Source: Anthoceros angustus
Taxonomy: Eukaryota; Plantae; Anthocerotophyta
Direction: 5' to 3'
Assembly: GCA_010909165.1 (NCBI GenBank)
Contig: VJWM01000222.1
Location: 62,001 to 126,000, forward strand
DNA length: 64,000 bases
In this document: positions 21,831 through 33,700 of the stretch, one piece after another
Numbering within the stretch: the first letter of the stretch is position 1
Layout of the letters: every line of letters starts with the position of its first letter
Program-made: the position numbers and the translations under genes
The notes under the pieces: generated by a model
The model's database searches: none
The model's input: only the letters and a program-made list of their open reading frames with translations
Told to the model about the DNA's origin: nothing

Positions 21831-22229
21831 CGCCTAGCTCCATTGCCAAGCAACTCTATGAGGTAGTGGATCTGGATGATCCGCAATTTGAGCAGTCATC
21901 GGTCGTGCGTTGCTGCAAGCCATGCCGATGGCCATGGCTAATTTGAGGATTGCCCAACATCGGGACACCCTTAGATATGCCCACACTCGCAGCGACGGAC
22001 CCAAGCTCAAGAATTCGGTGGGGACTTTGTTTACTTGCGAAGCAAGTGGGACACCCTTGACACCACCACCCATCGACATGTGCTGCGAGTTCGGGAGGTC
22101 AAGGACAATGGTGTGCTAGTGCTACAAGGATCGAGATGGACCACCAAGGATCACATGAAAAATTGTGCGCCTTGCCATTTGCCCAACTGGATCCAACCAT
22201 TGTCACGGTGATTGGGTACCTCGGCTGAT

Positions 22230-22365
22230 TACCCATGCAGTTGCGGAGGAGACGACCACAGCTGATCTGCTGTGCGACCACGCAACGGGTACCACCTATT
22301 TTGCTTGCGGCCGCTCTCTCCGAGGTGCGGAGCAATGGTATTGTCCACTATGTGCTGCCTCTCCG
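22230..22365 (+). pseudogene. PHD finger at the C-terminus of family 2 Pol
   Basis: Joined frames: CSCGGDD...LLCDH..(N)GYHLFCLRPLSEV.(S)..WYCPLC, a C4HC3 PHD pattern. Repeated at 41620-41755 (+) and 55190-55310 (-). Confidence 0.8.
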
Positions 22366-22406
22366 GCCTCGGCGTCTGCACACACAAGCTTCAATGGCTG
22401 GGCAGA

Positions 22407-22760
22407 TGCTCTCCCAGCATATTTTGTTCTTTGCAAGGGGACCTTTGTGGCGGACTCATACTGGATCAAACTTTGGCCCCATTACTGTGATCCGAATCTT
22501 GGAGTGATGATAAGTGGGCTGGTAACAGGAGGCAAAGGCTGCAACGGGGATCAGCCATGGGACATGGCAGCCTGCTTGAGGCTGCCAGGGCTTGAGACAG
22601 CGTCGCCGGGGCTGGGGCCCATCAGCTTTGGGACATGGCAGTCACCGGGGACTAGGATCCCGCTATGGGACAAGGTCCCATAGTCCTCCAGCTAAGATTG
22701 GTGGAGTTGCCGGGACAAGCTCATACTGGGACCGTGGTCCCAAACTTTTCACGCTTCACA
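22407..22760 (+). repeat. Family 2 LTR (about 350 bp)
   Basis: TGCTCTCCC...TTTTCACGCTTCACA. Homologous copies at 23525-23878, 41805-42149, 43039-43398, 53672-54031 (-) and 54805-55141 (-). Preceded by a purine tract (GGGGTAGGAG in copies B and E). Confidence 0.72.
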
Positions 22761-23520
22761 CGGATCGGAGGTTGCCAAGACCATCCTAGACATGGGACAT
22801 GGCGTCCACAGCCGGACCGGGATCGCCATGGGACATGGTAGTCCCAGGAGGGGCAGCCAGCCATGGGACGTGGGTCCACTGCGGATTGCCGCAACCCACC
22901 AGCCCAACGTCAAGACACAAGAACTAAGGTACACATGCAAAGAATGTGAACTCGATGTATGCTTGCTTTTATATACTACGTTTGGTTAGGCATTTTCATT
23001 AACCAAGGACATGAAAACATATCCTTTATTTTGATTGGCCCATAGTCCAAGGATTCATTTCCTTTAAATACTAGTTATAGGAAATAGATCCGTTATGAGC
23101 GGATAACTAGGTAGGCTAGACAAAGCCACTTAGTTTAGGTGTGAAACCAAAGCGGACCCAAACCCAAACAAGGCACCGATCAACGTGGGAGGAGCACCAC
23201 CAAGCGTGAGGGTTGCTTTCGCATCATGGCGCAAACATCAGCTGGGAATCGAGCTGGGCGGGCGTGGAGATGATGGCGGCGGGAATGAGGACCGTGGGGC
23301 AAGGAACAGAGGGTAGTCTTGATCGTGGGCGGTTGGGGAGGAAAGCACTTTGTGAACCCTTGCAATCTGGAAATCCAAGATCGATTAGATCTGTGTTTTG
23401 CTCGTGCTTCCTACAAGGCGCCAAGGCTCGATTCTGGCTCAGCCAGCAAAGCTCGGCTGGCCAAGAAATCTTCAAGAAATCTCGTGATTCCGCCATTGCT
23501 TGGCGGATCCCTTTTAGGAG
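22761..23520 (+). repeat. Family 2 leader region between tandem LTRs (GC-rich dyad repeats, then an AT-rich block)
   Basis: Homologous to 30785-31650, 42150-43030, 45880-46680 (-) and 54040-54800 (-). Contains the conserved TTTATTTTGATTGGCCCATAGTCCAAGG...TTTAAATACTAG block. Confidence 0.75.
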
Positions 23521-23524
23521 CAGA

Positions 23525-23878
23525 TGCTCTCCCAGCATATTTTGTTCTTTGCAAGGGGACCTTTGTGGCGGACTACTGGGATCGAAACTTTGGCCCCATT
23601 CAACAAGTCCGAATCGGAGTGACGATAAGTGGGCTGGTAACAGGAGGCAAGGAGCTGCAACTAGGTCCCAGCCATGGGACATATCCATAGCCGGCTGGGC
23701 AGTCCAGCCTTGACAAGGCGATCCCAGCCGGGCGGGCCCCATCGGCTTTGGGACAGTCCCAGCCGGGCTGCCGCCAGCTATGGGACAAGCGGTCCCATAG
23801 TCCTCACTAAGATTGGTGGAGTTGCCCGGGACAAGCTCATACTCGGGACACGGTAGTCCCAAACTTTTCACGCTTCAC
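23525..23878 (+). repeat. Family 2 LTR, second tandem copy
   Basis: Same start (TGCTCTCCCAGC) and end (TTTTCACGCTTCAC) as 22407-22760. Preceded by TAGGAGCAGA. Confidence 0.72.
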
Positions 23879-23880
23879 GG

Positions 23881-25750
23881 CAGCGTGGCATGGGTGTGGA
23901 AACCCATGGCCTCCCGCCTCCTCCACATTGGGCTCCTCCTGGTGTGTTGCTTGAATAGCGGACACGCCTTGTCCCACAGCATAGGGGGAGAGAAGCTCAC
24001 TAGGGTGGAAGGGTGCGGGCTGTCCAGCATGTTGGTGCGGTACCAAGGTGCACGCTCGGCTGTCACAGCCCGTGGCTGATGCCAAGGGTCCAACACATCG
24101 GAGAGCTTGAGTGGGGTCCCGAGTAGTGCGGGTGACCACCAACTCTAGCAAGGTTGAGGGCCAGGTTGGTCCAATAGTTTCGCATGGCGAAGCGCCAACT
24201 GGACAGCATCCATGAGCAAGGGCGTGCCCACATGCTGCTGGATGATGGCCATGTCTTGGCGAACTTGCAGTGTCCGCCGAGGTGTTCTCCCCAGTAAGCG
24301 CAACCCGGGGCTGAAGTGCGAACATCCACCAAGATGCGGAGAAGGTCCCAAAACAAGGCGGTTCGTGGGTCTTGTAATCCTCCCCGTTGGCTTGAGAAAA
24401 TCCTTGGCATTCCCATCCCGCAATCACGAAGTGGATGGGGCCGAGCGAATGTGGCGGCGCTGTACCTGGATGTCTTGGGGCACGAAAAGGTGCCGAGATA
24501 GCATTGGCGGGAAGTAGTGAAGGGAATCACGCTCCCGAAGGCGGCGACAATGCATTGCGCCTTGGGACAATGGTCACAATAAATGTAACGACCGACCAAG
24601 ATGCCATTCAGCAAAAGGGCCTCCAGACTGTGCAAATGCCAGCAGTTCCAAAAGTAATGCAAGTGGGCGCCATCACGTGATGATCTGGCTCTCATTGTGG
24701 TGGAAGGTGCCTCAGCCCAAGGGGGAGTGCTGAAGCTGCAGAGCTTGCTGCACTCGTGGAAGAGCTTGCTGAACCTCGGACACTTTGAATGATGGTGGAG
24801 TGTCTCCTAGCATGCGTGACCAAATGGTCGGCCTCGTGATCCGATCCAAGTCGGCAAGCTCCAAAGATGTCACTCAAATCTTGGTCATCGTGAGGAGCAC
24901 CTCGGGGACAACGAATGGTCGCCATAAGGACTGGAGTAGCTAGGGGCGGTGGCGACCTCGGTGTCCAATCCGCCATGCATTCAAGGGGAAAGTCGCCACT
25001 TGGCGACCTCCACTACGCCAATCGGGCGATAGTGAGCTTACTCATCAATTGTCCACGCGATGCGGGGTGGAAACAAAAACTCCTGTCAGAAGGACGCCGT
25101 GTTAGCGTGTCGGAATGAATGGCCAATGTCATGGCGGCGGCTTCGAGCTTGAGCGTGATGGCGGTGGTCGAGCAGTCTCTCCACACAGTTCCACAGCGCG
25201 GAGTCCCTGTTCGGGGTGAATGGCGGAGTGTCGTCCTGCAAGTTCAACTGGCGAGCCTTGCCAATGATCACGGGCCCCGTGTCCAAGAGCACAAGCTTGG
25301 GAGCATAGCCATTCACCGTGACATGGCCTTCCCTATTGTCCACCATGGCATTGCTCACTCGCACATTCATGCGATTGGTGGGCTAAAATGCGGGTGCTCT
25401 ACTCCAGCTGGGAAGCATAGGTCGCCGCCTCCAAGTGGCTGGCCCTCCTCATGGCTATGGGTGGCCTGCCTGTCACTCCCACCATCGTAACATGGTCCAT
25501 GGTGGTGGGCAATACCCGGCCGCGTGGGTAAGGCTGCCCATATGGGATCCACCGGTCCGGGTATCCGAGTGTGGGACTGCGGAGGCCCGATGATGGGCTT
25601 CTCCTCAGCCCTTGGCATGGAGCTGAAGGTGCCCGCATTGGGACTACTGTCGATCCAGTGTGTGTTGAGGCCAAGTGAGATTCCCGTGTCCATGGAGTCT
25701 GTTGAGCCTCCACCGGCTGTCCCGTATGGGGAGAATCCCAATCGGGGCCC
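23881..25750 (-). mobile_element. Inverted family 2 fragment C: linker repeats, protease and methyltransferase motifs I-IX
   Basis: ORF 24063..24695 LEALLLNGILVGRYIYCDHCPKAQCI...GLQDPRTALFWDLLRIL; ORF 25086..25370 YAPKLVLLDTG. Ends at GFHTHA against the LTR. Confidence 0.85.
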
Positions 25751-28700
25751 TCACAGCCCACCTGTTAGTGGAGCCTGGTTGCAAAATTTGGAGCAAGCGT
25801 GCTGTGACCATCCCAAGGAACCCACGAAGTTCCTTCAGCGTTGTTGGAGCTTTTAGAGTGGCTATGACCTTGACCTTGTCGGGATCAACCTCTATACCTG
25901 CTCGAAATTCGATGTCCCAACAGGATTCCTTCGACATGCCGAAATAGCACTTTTCCGGATGCAAACATAAGCGTATCGCTCGCGTTCAAGGTGCATTAGA
26001 TGGTCCTTCATGCTCCAAACACGCAAAAGTCGTCCAAGAAAACTTCCATAAAGTCCCCGAGGAAGTCCTTGAAGATCTTGACGATGGTTCGCATGAAAGA
26101 CCAGCGCCCGTCAACCCGAATGCACCGCGCTTAGGCATATGTTCCCCGTCCGTTGTGAAGGTGGGTGGCCAATCGCTTTCCGGAGATGCATGGTTATAGC
26201 CTAAATACCCATCTAAAAGGAATACGCCATCCTACTGCGACCCGGATCCAAGATGTTATCGATGAAGGGCAATGGAAATGATCCTTTTGGTGACCTTATT
26301 CAACCGCTAGTCTTGGCAAACCCGAATCTTTCGGGTCTCTTGGGACCACCATCGGAGCCACCCATTATTGACGATAGGATAGATTACATCCGCCTTGAGA
26401 TCTGACTCAAGCGATCCTTTACCTTCAATGAGTACTTGGGATTTAACTTGTCTGCGGAATCCTCACTGGGCTCCAGTTCCAAGTCGATCCTATGCTCCCC
26501 ACTCCTTGGGTATACCCTTCATATCGGTCACCTCGAAGGCAAAGACATCAATGAATTGTGCAAGCATTGTTTCATCCTCTTCAAGCACTTCATCCATTGT
26601 TCGGGAGAATTGAGCACTTTTCCAGAAGCACCTCGACATCCTTAACCTCATCCGCTGCCCATTCACGCTCTCGTGCGGGATTCCAAAACCCTCTTACGGT
26701 TCCCTCGGTTCCTCTTCATGCCACTCTCTAACAGATCTTAGGGTGAAAGCAGCGTGAGGCCCTTTCATCCTCCTCATCCGTTTGTTCCCGCCGCTTTCTC
26801 CCTCTTCCCAATCCGGTCGCGTCTATGGTTACCCTGTGACCCACAGTTGATCGAGTGCGGAATATCTCTGCGATAATCCTGTTCTCGTCCGACCATGAGA
26901 TGTGTCGAAAGGAAATTTGTCTTCTTGTTCCATCTCCCCGATGTGTCTTCATGAGGTGTGTATTTCCGTTGGGGTCTCGCCAACGGTACATGTCCTTACT
27001 CCGAGTTAGGCAAATCCTACCTTCCTTGGTCTTAGGGTCCCATTCCATTGGTTTGAATCAAACCTCCTTTCTTCCCCATTTGAGCGTGCATTGAGATCCA
27101 TACATCCAAGTTCGACCAATTAAAACACTATACCTGGCGACTTGTGGATGACCACATAATCCATTAGATAGGGATGGTCCCAATGATCGTTAACACGTCA
27201 CAATTCTCCTCACGGCACCATTACGGACATATCGCCAACCGCAAAACCTTGCTGTATGTTCGATTTCCAACCCCAATTTTCGCCGTTTCCTCGTCATGAT
27301 ATTCACACCTACCCGTGTCGAGGTACCCTTTTATGACATCCGATCTCTACAGGTTCAGGGTCCTTGGTCAACCATGGATACTAGATTGGGAAGTGGCCTT
27401 GGACTGGTTTAGGAAGGGCATCGCTTTTCTTGGGTGGGCTTCCTTCAATGCCCTCGATCTGCTGCCTATCTGGGTTGTCTCGAAGGGTTGTCGAATGTGA
27501 TCATAAAATGATCCATGATGGCCTCCGCTAAGTTAAAGGAAGCACCTTCTCAGCTTTCCCCGCCCGGGGTTCGTTGGTTGTAGACCCAGTGTTAGGCTTC
27601 GAGTCTGGTGGCTTCTCGGTGGGGTGGCGGACTGGGTGGGCATTGAAAGGCATCTCCGCCTCCTCCCTTGGCCTTCTTACTCCCCTCCTGGATCATATCC
27701 ACAACCTCTTCCATCGTCCGGTGGAAATCCTAACCCATTTTCTCACCTTTCGGCAATTCTGCGGGAGCTTGTAAAGTTTCTCGACTATGTCCGTTGATTC
27801 CTTTTCCTGCTTTGAATTTCCACCGCCTTGGAACACTCAGTCTCACACACCTTCACCCCATTGGTTCGTCAGCCAAAGTACCGGATGCGCTTGGGTCCGT
27901 TCCACCTCTGAGCCTTCGCAAATTTTGACATTTCCTCGCTTGGGTGAGAACGCTCCCTCATCCACCAGTGGTCGTATCTACCTCCTTCTTCTTTTCTTTC
28001 CCCACGCCTCTTTTCCTTAGCTTTTGAGCTCCGTTCGACGACCATGGCGGATGCCTCCCATAATAATCGCTATCCGTGGCATCTAAACCCTCTAAGCTCT
28101 TAGGGTCTTAATCTTGGCGTCCTCCCATATAGCCATCAACGCGTCTTCTACATGCATGGCGGGGCACCTTGGCGCGGTGAACCCCGTCAGGCTGCGCGAT
28201 CCACGTGTTTTCGGGGTTTTGGCGAGTACACTTCACCGCCAAATGCCCTTTGACAATCTTGGCAGTTTATCGAAATCTCCATTGCCTTGCCGAGTTGGCA
28301 GGCAAGCATAGTGTCCAAGGTTGCGAGTTGTAGCAGCATTGGATTATTACTCCGCCCGGTGATTTGACACGCCTGCGGAATTTCGTAAGTTGGAGGGATA
28401 CATAGTCTTGGTACACTTTTGACTTCACGAATTTGGTATGTATCCTCCACGAGGTATCTTCCTCTTCCTCCTCATATCAGCGGATGCACTCTGTTGTCGG
28501 GCGGTTAGCCTTGGAGTGACCTACTGTCCACACGTTGAGCGAAGAGGTTAGCCCGTGGATTCGTGACGACTCTCCTTCTCTCGTGTTCCTTTTACGTTAA
28601 GATGGAATTTCTCAAATTTTGCCATCATCTCCTCCATCTTGTTTCCCTGTTGTTCCACTTTCTTGGCTGCCACCTCGGCCTCCCTCCTTGCTTGCTCCGC

Positions 28701-29826
28701 ATCCTTTTCGCGCTCTTGTTTCGCCCTTGCACTCTTTGTTGTCCGTGCGACCCTTCATTTTTCTTTTTTGGCGCTCCTCATCGATGGCGCTTCCCACTGT
28801 CACTCGTTTCTTCCTCCGTGGAACTTTTCATGGAATCTTCTTGGAGCTCTCTTCACGATGAACTTTCTTCCGAGGAGGATGAGAATCCCTTCTCTTTTTC
28901 CTGATCAGGCTTCCTCTTCTCCTTCCTAGCTCTCTTTATATCATGCGGGTTGGATTCCTCATATAATTTAGCGCCGCGATAGCCTTGCCCAAATTCTTCT
29001 CCGCTTTGCAACCTTCGTGTCTCCCCATCTTAGAACCCGGGCCTTTAGCGAACCACCGTATTGCTGCAACTCAGATGAGGGCCACTTGATCGCGTGGTAT
29101 GAAACCTCTCAACATACGCTTAGGTTTCCTTCCTTCCTCTCTCGCTTTTCAAGTTTGGACAACACGTATCCCTCCACGTCAAGCCCCTAAACCTCTCACA
29201 GGCGGTTTTAACTCTTCAAAGGTGGCGGAGGTGTGGGACTTGAGTATTCGCCTATACCACTTTTGGACCTCCCGAAGAACTCCATAGAACGGTGAATGTG
29301 CATCTCCGCTTCTGGTTTGCAAATGTCATGCTCGCTCAACAAATTCATCGGGGTCCTCATACCCTTCCCTCTCCCCTACAGGTAAGGTTGCTTGGTGGTG
29401 ACCACCACCGGCACAGTGGTGGTACATGACTATCGTGATTCGGTAAGTGGTTGATTCAACGGTTCTGTGGAAGATTGATCTGGGCGATTGGAAGAGAGTC
29501 GGGAAGATGGAATTGGTCGAGGTTCCTTGGTGTGGTACCTCGTCCAAGTCGAGGTTGGGGATCTTGCTCCAACAAGATCGGACCCCGCCCTGGTTGATTC
29601 CTTACTTCCCTTCTCCTCCCGGCAGTGCGTCTTCGGTTGGGTCCTCCTCAACTCCCGGTTTGCAACCCTTTTCAACCTTTCCGATTGCTTGGCTGTCGCT
29701 TCACTCAGGCTTTCCGTCCCGACTTAACTCAATCCTCCGACTCAACTCGTGGCATCCATCTACCCAACTAGATACACTCCAAACTAGACACCTAAGCTAT
29801 GGTTAGTCTTCCTATAACCAGTTTCA

Positions 29827-29841
29827 TTCCCGGCAGCGCCA
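29827..29841 (-). promoter_or_regulatory. Primer-binding site, tRNA-Asp type (family 3)
   Basis: Minus strand CCACA-TTT-TGGCGCTGCCGGGAA; the mirror at 47628 reads TGGGCGTTGCGGGGAA. Both approximate TGGCGCCGTTGCCGGGGA, the Athila-type PBS. Confidence 0.72.
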
Positions 29842-29844
29842 AAA

Positions 29845-30779
29845 TGTGGAATGGGTTTTGCATCCGAACGCAAAGAGGCCACATTTACCCTCTATGTCGT
29901 TATAGTCCTAGGATTCGATCCCAAGGGAATGGTTTTGTGTCAAGATGTTCTAAAACTATGGACTCTAGTCCTACCACAATCGATCACTACCCCTCCGTAA
30001 CTACCATGCCCAAACTCACCACCGTGGAAGACTCGCCACCACCTTGGAAGACTCGGCCACCACCGTGGAAGACTCGGCCACCACGTGGAAGGCTCTCAAC
30101 CGTGTGGTTGGCTCAACCATGGCGGGCCCCACCACGCGCCCTCGTGTCGCGGGTGACTATTTGTCACCCGGCTTCTCCGGGCGCGGTCCTTGGGGTTATG
30201 GACATACACACACACCTACATGTACTCTTACTTCTCTTCCAGGATACTCATGATCGGATCTTCTCCGAGGGTTATGCACCACGACCTCGAATGCGGCGCC
30301 TCACTCCGCCGCTAGTTTCCCGCGACCCACCATTCACTTCCACTCTTCTCGATCATTTCCCGACTTCCCATACGCATACACAATCCCCTACAACAAGACA
30401 CTCAACCGCCTCCGGGACCTTCCACTCCACAAATAAATCCTCTCCCTCTCTCCCACAGACCTCACCTCGGGCCACACTTCTCTCATGGAATGAAACAAAC
30501 ACGTGGCGCGGTTTGGGAAGGAGGGACAGAAGGAAAACACGTCAAGATGGGCGATTCGCCTTTGGCGGCCTCACCCCAGCCTTCCATGGAAATTCCTACC
30601 TCACCCCCATGCGCTACCCCCACCTCCCGGACGTGGAGCTTGGCCACTCCCTCGGATCTTCCCGGCCTTCTTGTACGAGAAGACGTGCATCGAACCGCTT
30701 GATCGATCGACGCTCTAACCAACCTCGCGTAGATTCATCACACGGAAGTTCACACCGAAATTGTCTCAAGAGAGACACA
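29845..30779 (-). repeat. 5' LTR of family 3 (about 935 bp; internal 21-bp repeat CCACCGTGGAAGACTCGG at 30015-30095)
   Basis: Bounded by TGTGG (PBS side) and GACACA. Mirrored at 46688-47624. No partner 3' LTR in the window, so the outer boundary is inferred. Confidence 0.6.
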
Positions 30780-33700
30780 AAAGGGTCAGAGGTTGCCAGA
30801 CCGCCCTGATATAGACATGGTACACAGGACGGCCGGGGCCCATGGGACATGGCCCCACTGGCCAGGGACGGGCCCCAGCCAATGGATGGCGGGCCCAAAG
30901 CCCGACCATGGGACATGGCGATCCACAATGGATGGGGCTGCAGGGGCCCCAGCCATGGGACATGGCGATCCGGCCCGGACACGGATTGGGCCGCCATGGG
31001 ACATTGCGTCCACAGCCGGATGCCGGATCGCCGGGGCTGCAGCCCGTCACCACCAACGTCAAACACAAGGACTAAGGTACTAAAAGAATGTGAAGTTGAT
31101 GTATGTTTGTTTTATAAACTACGCCTAGTTGGTCATTTTTAACCAAGAACATGTCCTTTATTTTGATTGGCCCATAGTCCAAGGATGCATTTCTTTTAAA
31201 TACTAGTTCTAGAAAATAGATCCGTTATGAGCGGATAAGTAGGTCAAGAATAGCCTTAGCTATAGGTGTGAAAGGGCTAAGTATAGGCCCCAAATGCTGC
31301 GTGTGTTCAAGCGTGGGAGAGGAAGAACCAAGAGCGTGAGGCTGTAGCATTGCATCATGGCGCAAGAATCTGGAGGAACGCTAAGCGGGCGTGAGGATGA
31401 TGACCAAGCGTGAGGATGAGGACCCGAGGCGAGATCCGAGGGTTTCGGTCAAAATCGGCGCTGGAGCGCTATTCTTTGTTGGGAACCAAAGCACTTTGTG
31501 AATCTGGCGCAATCCATGAATCAAATCGTGTAGATCTGCAGTTTTGCTCACCATGTGTCTCCGCTGCAGGCGTAAGGCGTGATTCTGGACTCAGCCAGCG
31601 CAAAGCTGGGCTGGCCAAGGAAGCTTCAAGAAAACCACGATTCGCACCCATTGCGGGGCAAATCTCATTTCGGCGATCTTCCAGGGACGTTCTCCAATCC
31701 GGGCGGCGATATTCTAGGCGCCTCCCCACCTAGGGCGGCGCCATTACGGGAGGGCCATTGGGCGATTCTGACATCAACGTCTTTTCCGAGGCCCAATCCA
31801 CGGGGCATTGGTCACCTGGGATTTGAGCTAACACAGCGGGTCCTCCATGTACCTGATCACTCCCGATTCAGATCTTGCATCCGGCAGTCCTAGCTTAGGC
31901 GGGCTACAGCCTTGTGCAACGACTAGGGACAAAATCAGTGAGTTTCTTGTTCATTTTCAATTCCGAGCTTAGCATTCGGGATCTCTAGCTTGGGTGGGTT
32001 CTGACTTTGCCGGACAATGAGGCAGATCCTACCCACTTCCATCTCCATCAAGGATCGAGAGGTAGGCAAGGTGCGGCTTAGCGAATTTGACATTTCAATC
32101 ATTCAATCAGCGGATCATTTGAGCTGTAGGCGTTGCTAGAACAATAGTCCACACGGAGCTACGGGAACCTCTGGAAATTCAAGCACATGGGTGAGGATAT
32201 TTTTGGCTGACCTCTAGGGTCCCTAGGAGGCATCCCATATTCGGGGCTCCCATCTGCCGGGGCTGGAGAGTCCCAACAAAAGGACATTACTGATCCCACG
32301 CCGGGATACTTTGGAAGGAGCTTTCACACGAGCTTGAGCAACAGGAGGCGGGTTGTCCTTGGGAGCTTGCTTCCCATCTTTTTGGGAGTGACTCGGCGAC
32401 CTCGTGTTTTGCTCACATGGGTGATGCACCACGAAGGACATGAGACCGATCCTCGCTACCGTTTGAGGCAGGATATCGGCGGCGGACCACTCCGGCGAGT
32501 CACAGCCGGAAGGAGGCGTTCTTTTCAACACGGCAAGCACGGAGGAGTTGTGGCGGTTTACGGGGAGCTGGCACGCCACTGCCACCTTGGAGGCGACAGG
32601 TGGTCTCCATTTGCGAGATCTCAACACCGGCAAAGAATCATCCGACTCCTTGGGAGATCGACCGGGACAAACTTGTCCCAATTTGAGCCTTCTGAGACAA
32701 GATCGAATCGGTGATCTTTGAGATCGGACACCATGGAAGGTGGAGGACCCTCATACTGACGGAGAGATTTTCCGGGAGGCGGGCACTCGATCGGCGAGAT
32801 TTTGTCCCTCAACGCTATCATCAACCGGGTCGAGGTTCAAACATGGCGCCGCTTATAATCACCGGTACATGTTTGAGAAAGCTACTTGGCGGACGGTAGC
32901 GCCGGATTTGTATGAGGCACATCAAGCGGTTTGTCTTCTACCATCTCCACGGTGAATCCCCGGTTCAAGGAGCGCTGCGGCTTGCCTACAATGGCAAGTT
33001 GGCCACGTTGTGGAGTGCCCACCAGGCCAAGATTGCTTGCTGGGACGATCGCGGCCACACCGTAATCCGTGGTGAGTCTAACGGCGAGGAGGGTGGCGTG
33101 GTTGGGGTCCGAGTTCATCCAAACTCCCAAGTACCAATCAAATCCGTGGAAGAGTTCATGGCCATTCTTGAGGCGTTTCCGCTCAAGACTCACGAGAAAA
33201 TAGTGAGCTGTGACTTCGATGCAAGAAGGGTGAGACTGTCAGATGACCTTCGCGGGCTCCGGAAGGCTGCGAGCACTAGGATGTTGTGACCAAGAGGCAG
33301 AAGTTTCTTTACTGGCGTTGGGGGATCCATTGTTCCACTTTCAACTTGTCACCTCTTTAGTGGACAAGTATGGGGACAACTACACCACAGAACAGGTCCA
33401 TGAAGAAGCGGAGCGCAAAAAATCAGCGTTTTCAGCGTATGCTTCTCGACACTCCAAGGCCTTCACGCACTATCAAAGTATGTTTTCCAAAAGGGAACAC
33501 ATGCAGGCGTGGGATCGTGGGTTTCCAAGCCCATTCAGGCCAGGCAGTCAAGTCAAGTAGCGCAAGCCCACCTCCACACTGTGCTGCAGCATGGCGGCCG
33601 GATCATTTGGCTCGGCAGGCAAGCTTCCTGTGGAAGGTTTGCATTGTTCCCATTACGCAAGACTGGCCATTTGGTTACAATTACGTTTCCGAGCTTGTCC

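Larger units (their letters stand above)
14484..22760 (+). mobile_element. DNMT/PHD-carrying Ty3/Gypsy retrotransposon (family 2), copy A, 5'-truncated
   Basis: Gag knuckles, LLDTG protease, C5-methyltransferase motifs, YIDD RT, RNase H, DDE integrase and PHD finger lie in order on plus, followed by an LTR at 22407-22760. Confidence 0.88.
25755..30779 (-). mobile_element. Athila/Phygy/Selgy-like non-chromovirus Gypsy element (family 3), 3'-truncated after RT
   Basis: RT reads IVKIFKDFLGDFMEVFLDDFCVFG and HPEKCYFGM...GIEVDPDKVKVIATLK.PTTLKELRGFLGMV (25770-26340). Protease-like segment at about 27090-27330, charged Gag region at 28560-29050, PBS at 29827-29841, LTR at 29845-30779. Confidence 0.8.

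Noticed and set aside
22761-22776. tRNA-Met PBS (TGGTATCAGAG) after the family 2 LTR
   Set aside because: The copies disagree (CGGATCGGAGG, GGTATGTCGAGG, GATACCGCCGAGG, GGTCTCGAGG), too noisy to call.
14484-23878. DIRS/PAT tyrosine-recombinase retrotransposon (these carry a methyltransferase-like domain and split repeats)
   Set aside because: The element has an aspartic protease and a clear DDE integrase, I see no tyrosine recombinase motifs, and the MTase is C5 DNMT3-type rather than the adenine-MTase-like domain of DIRS.
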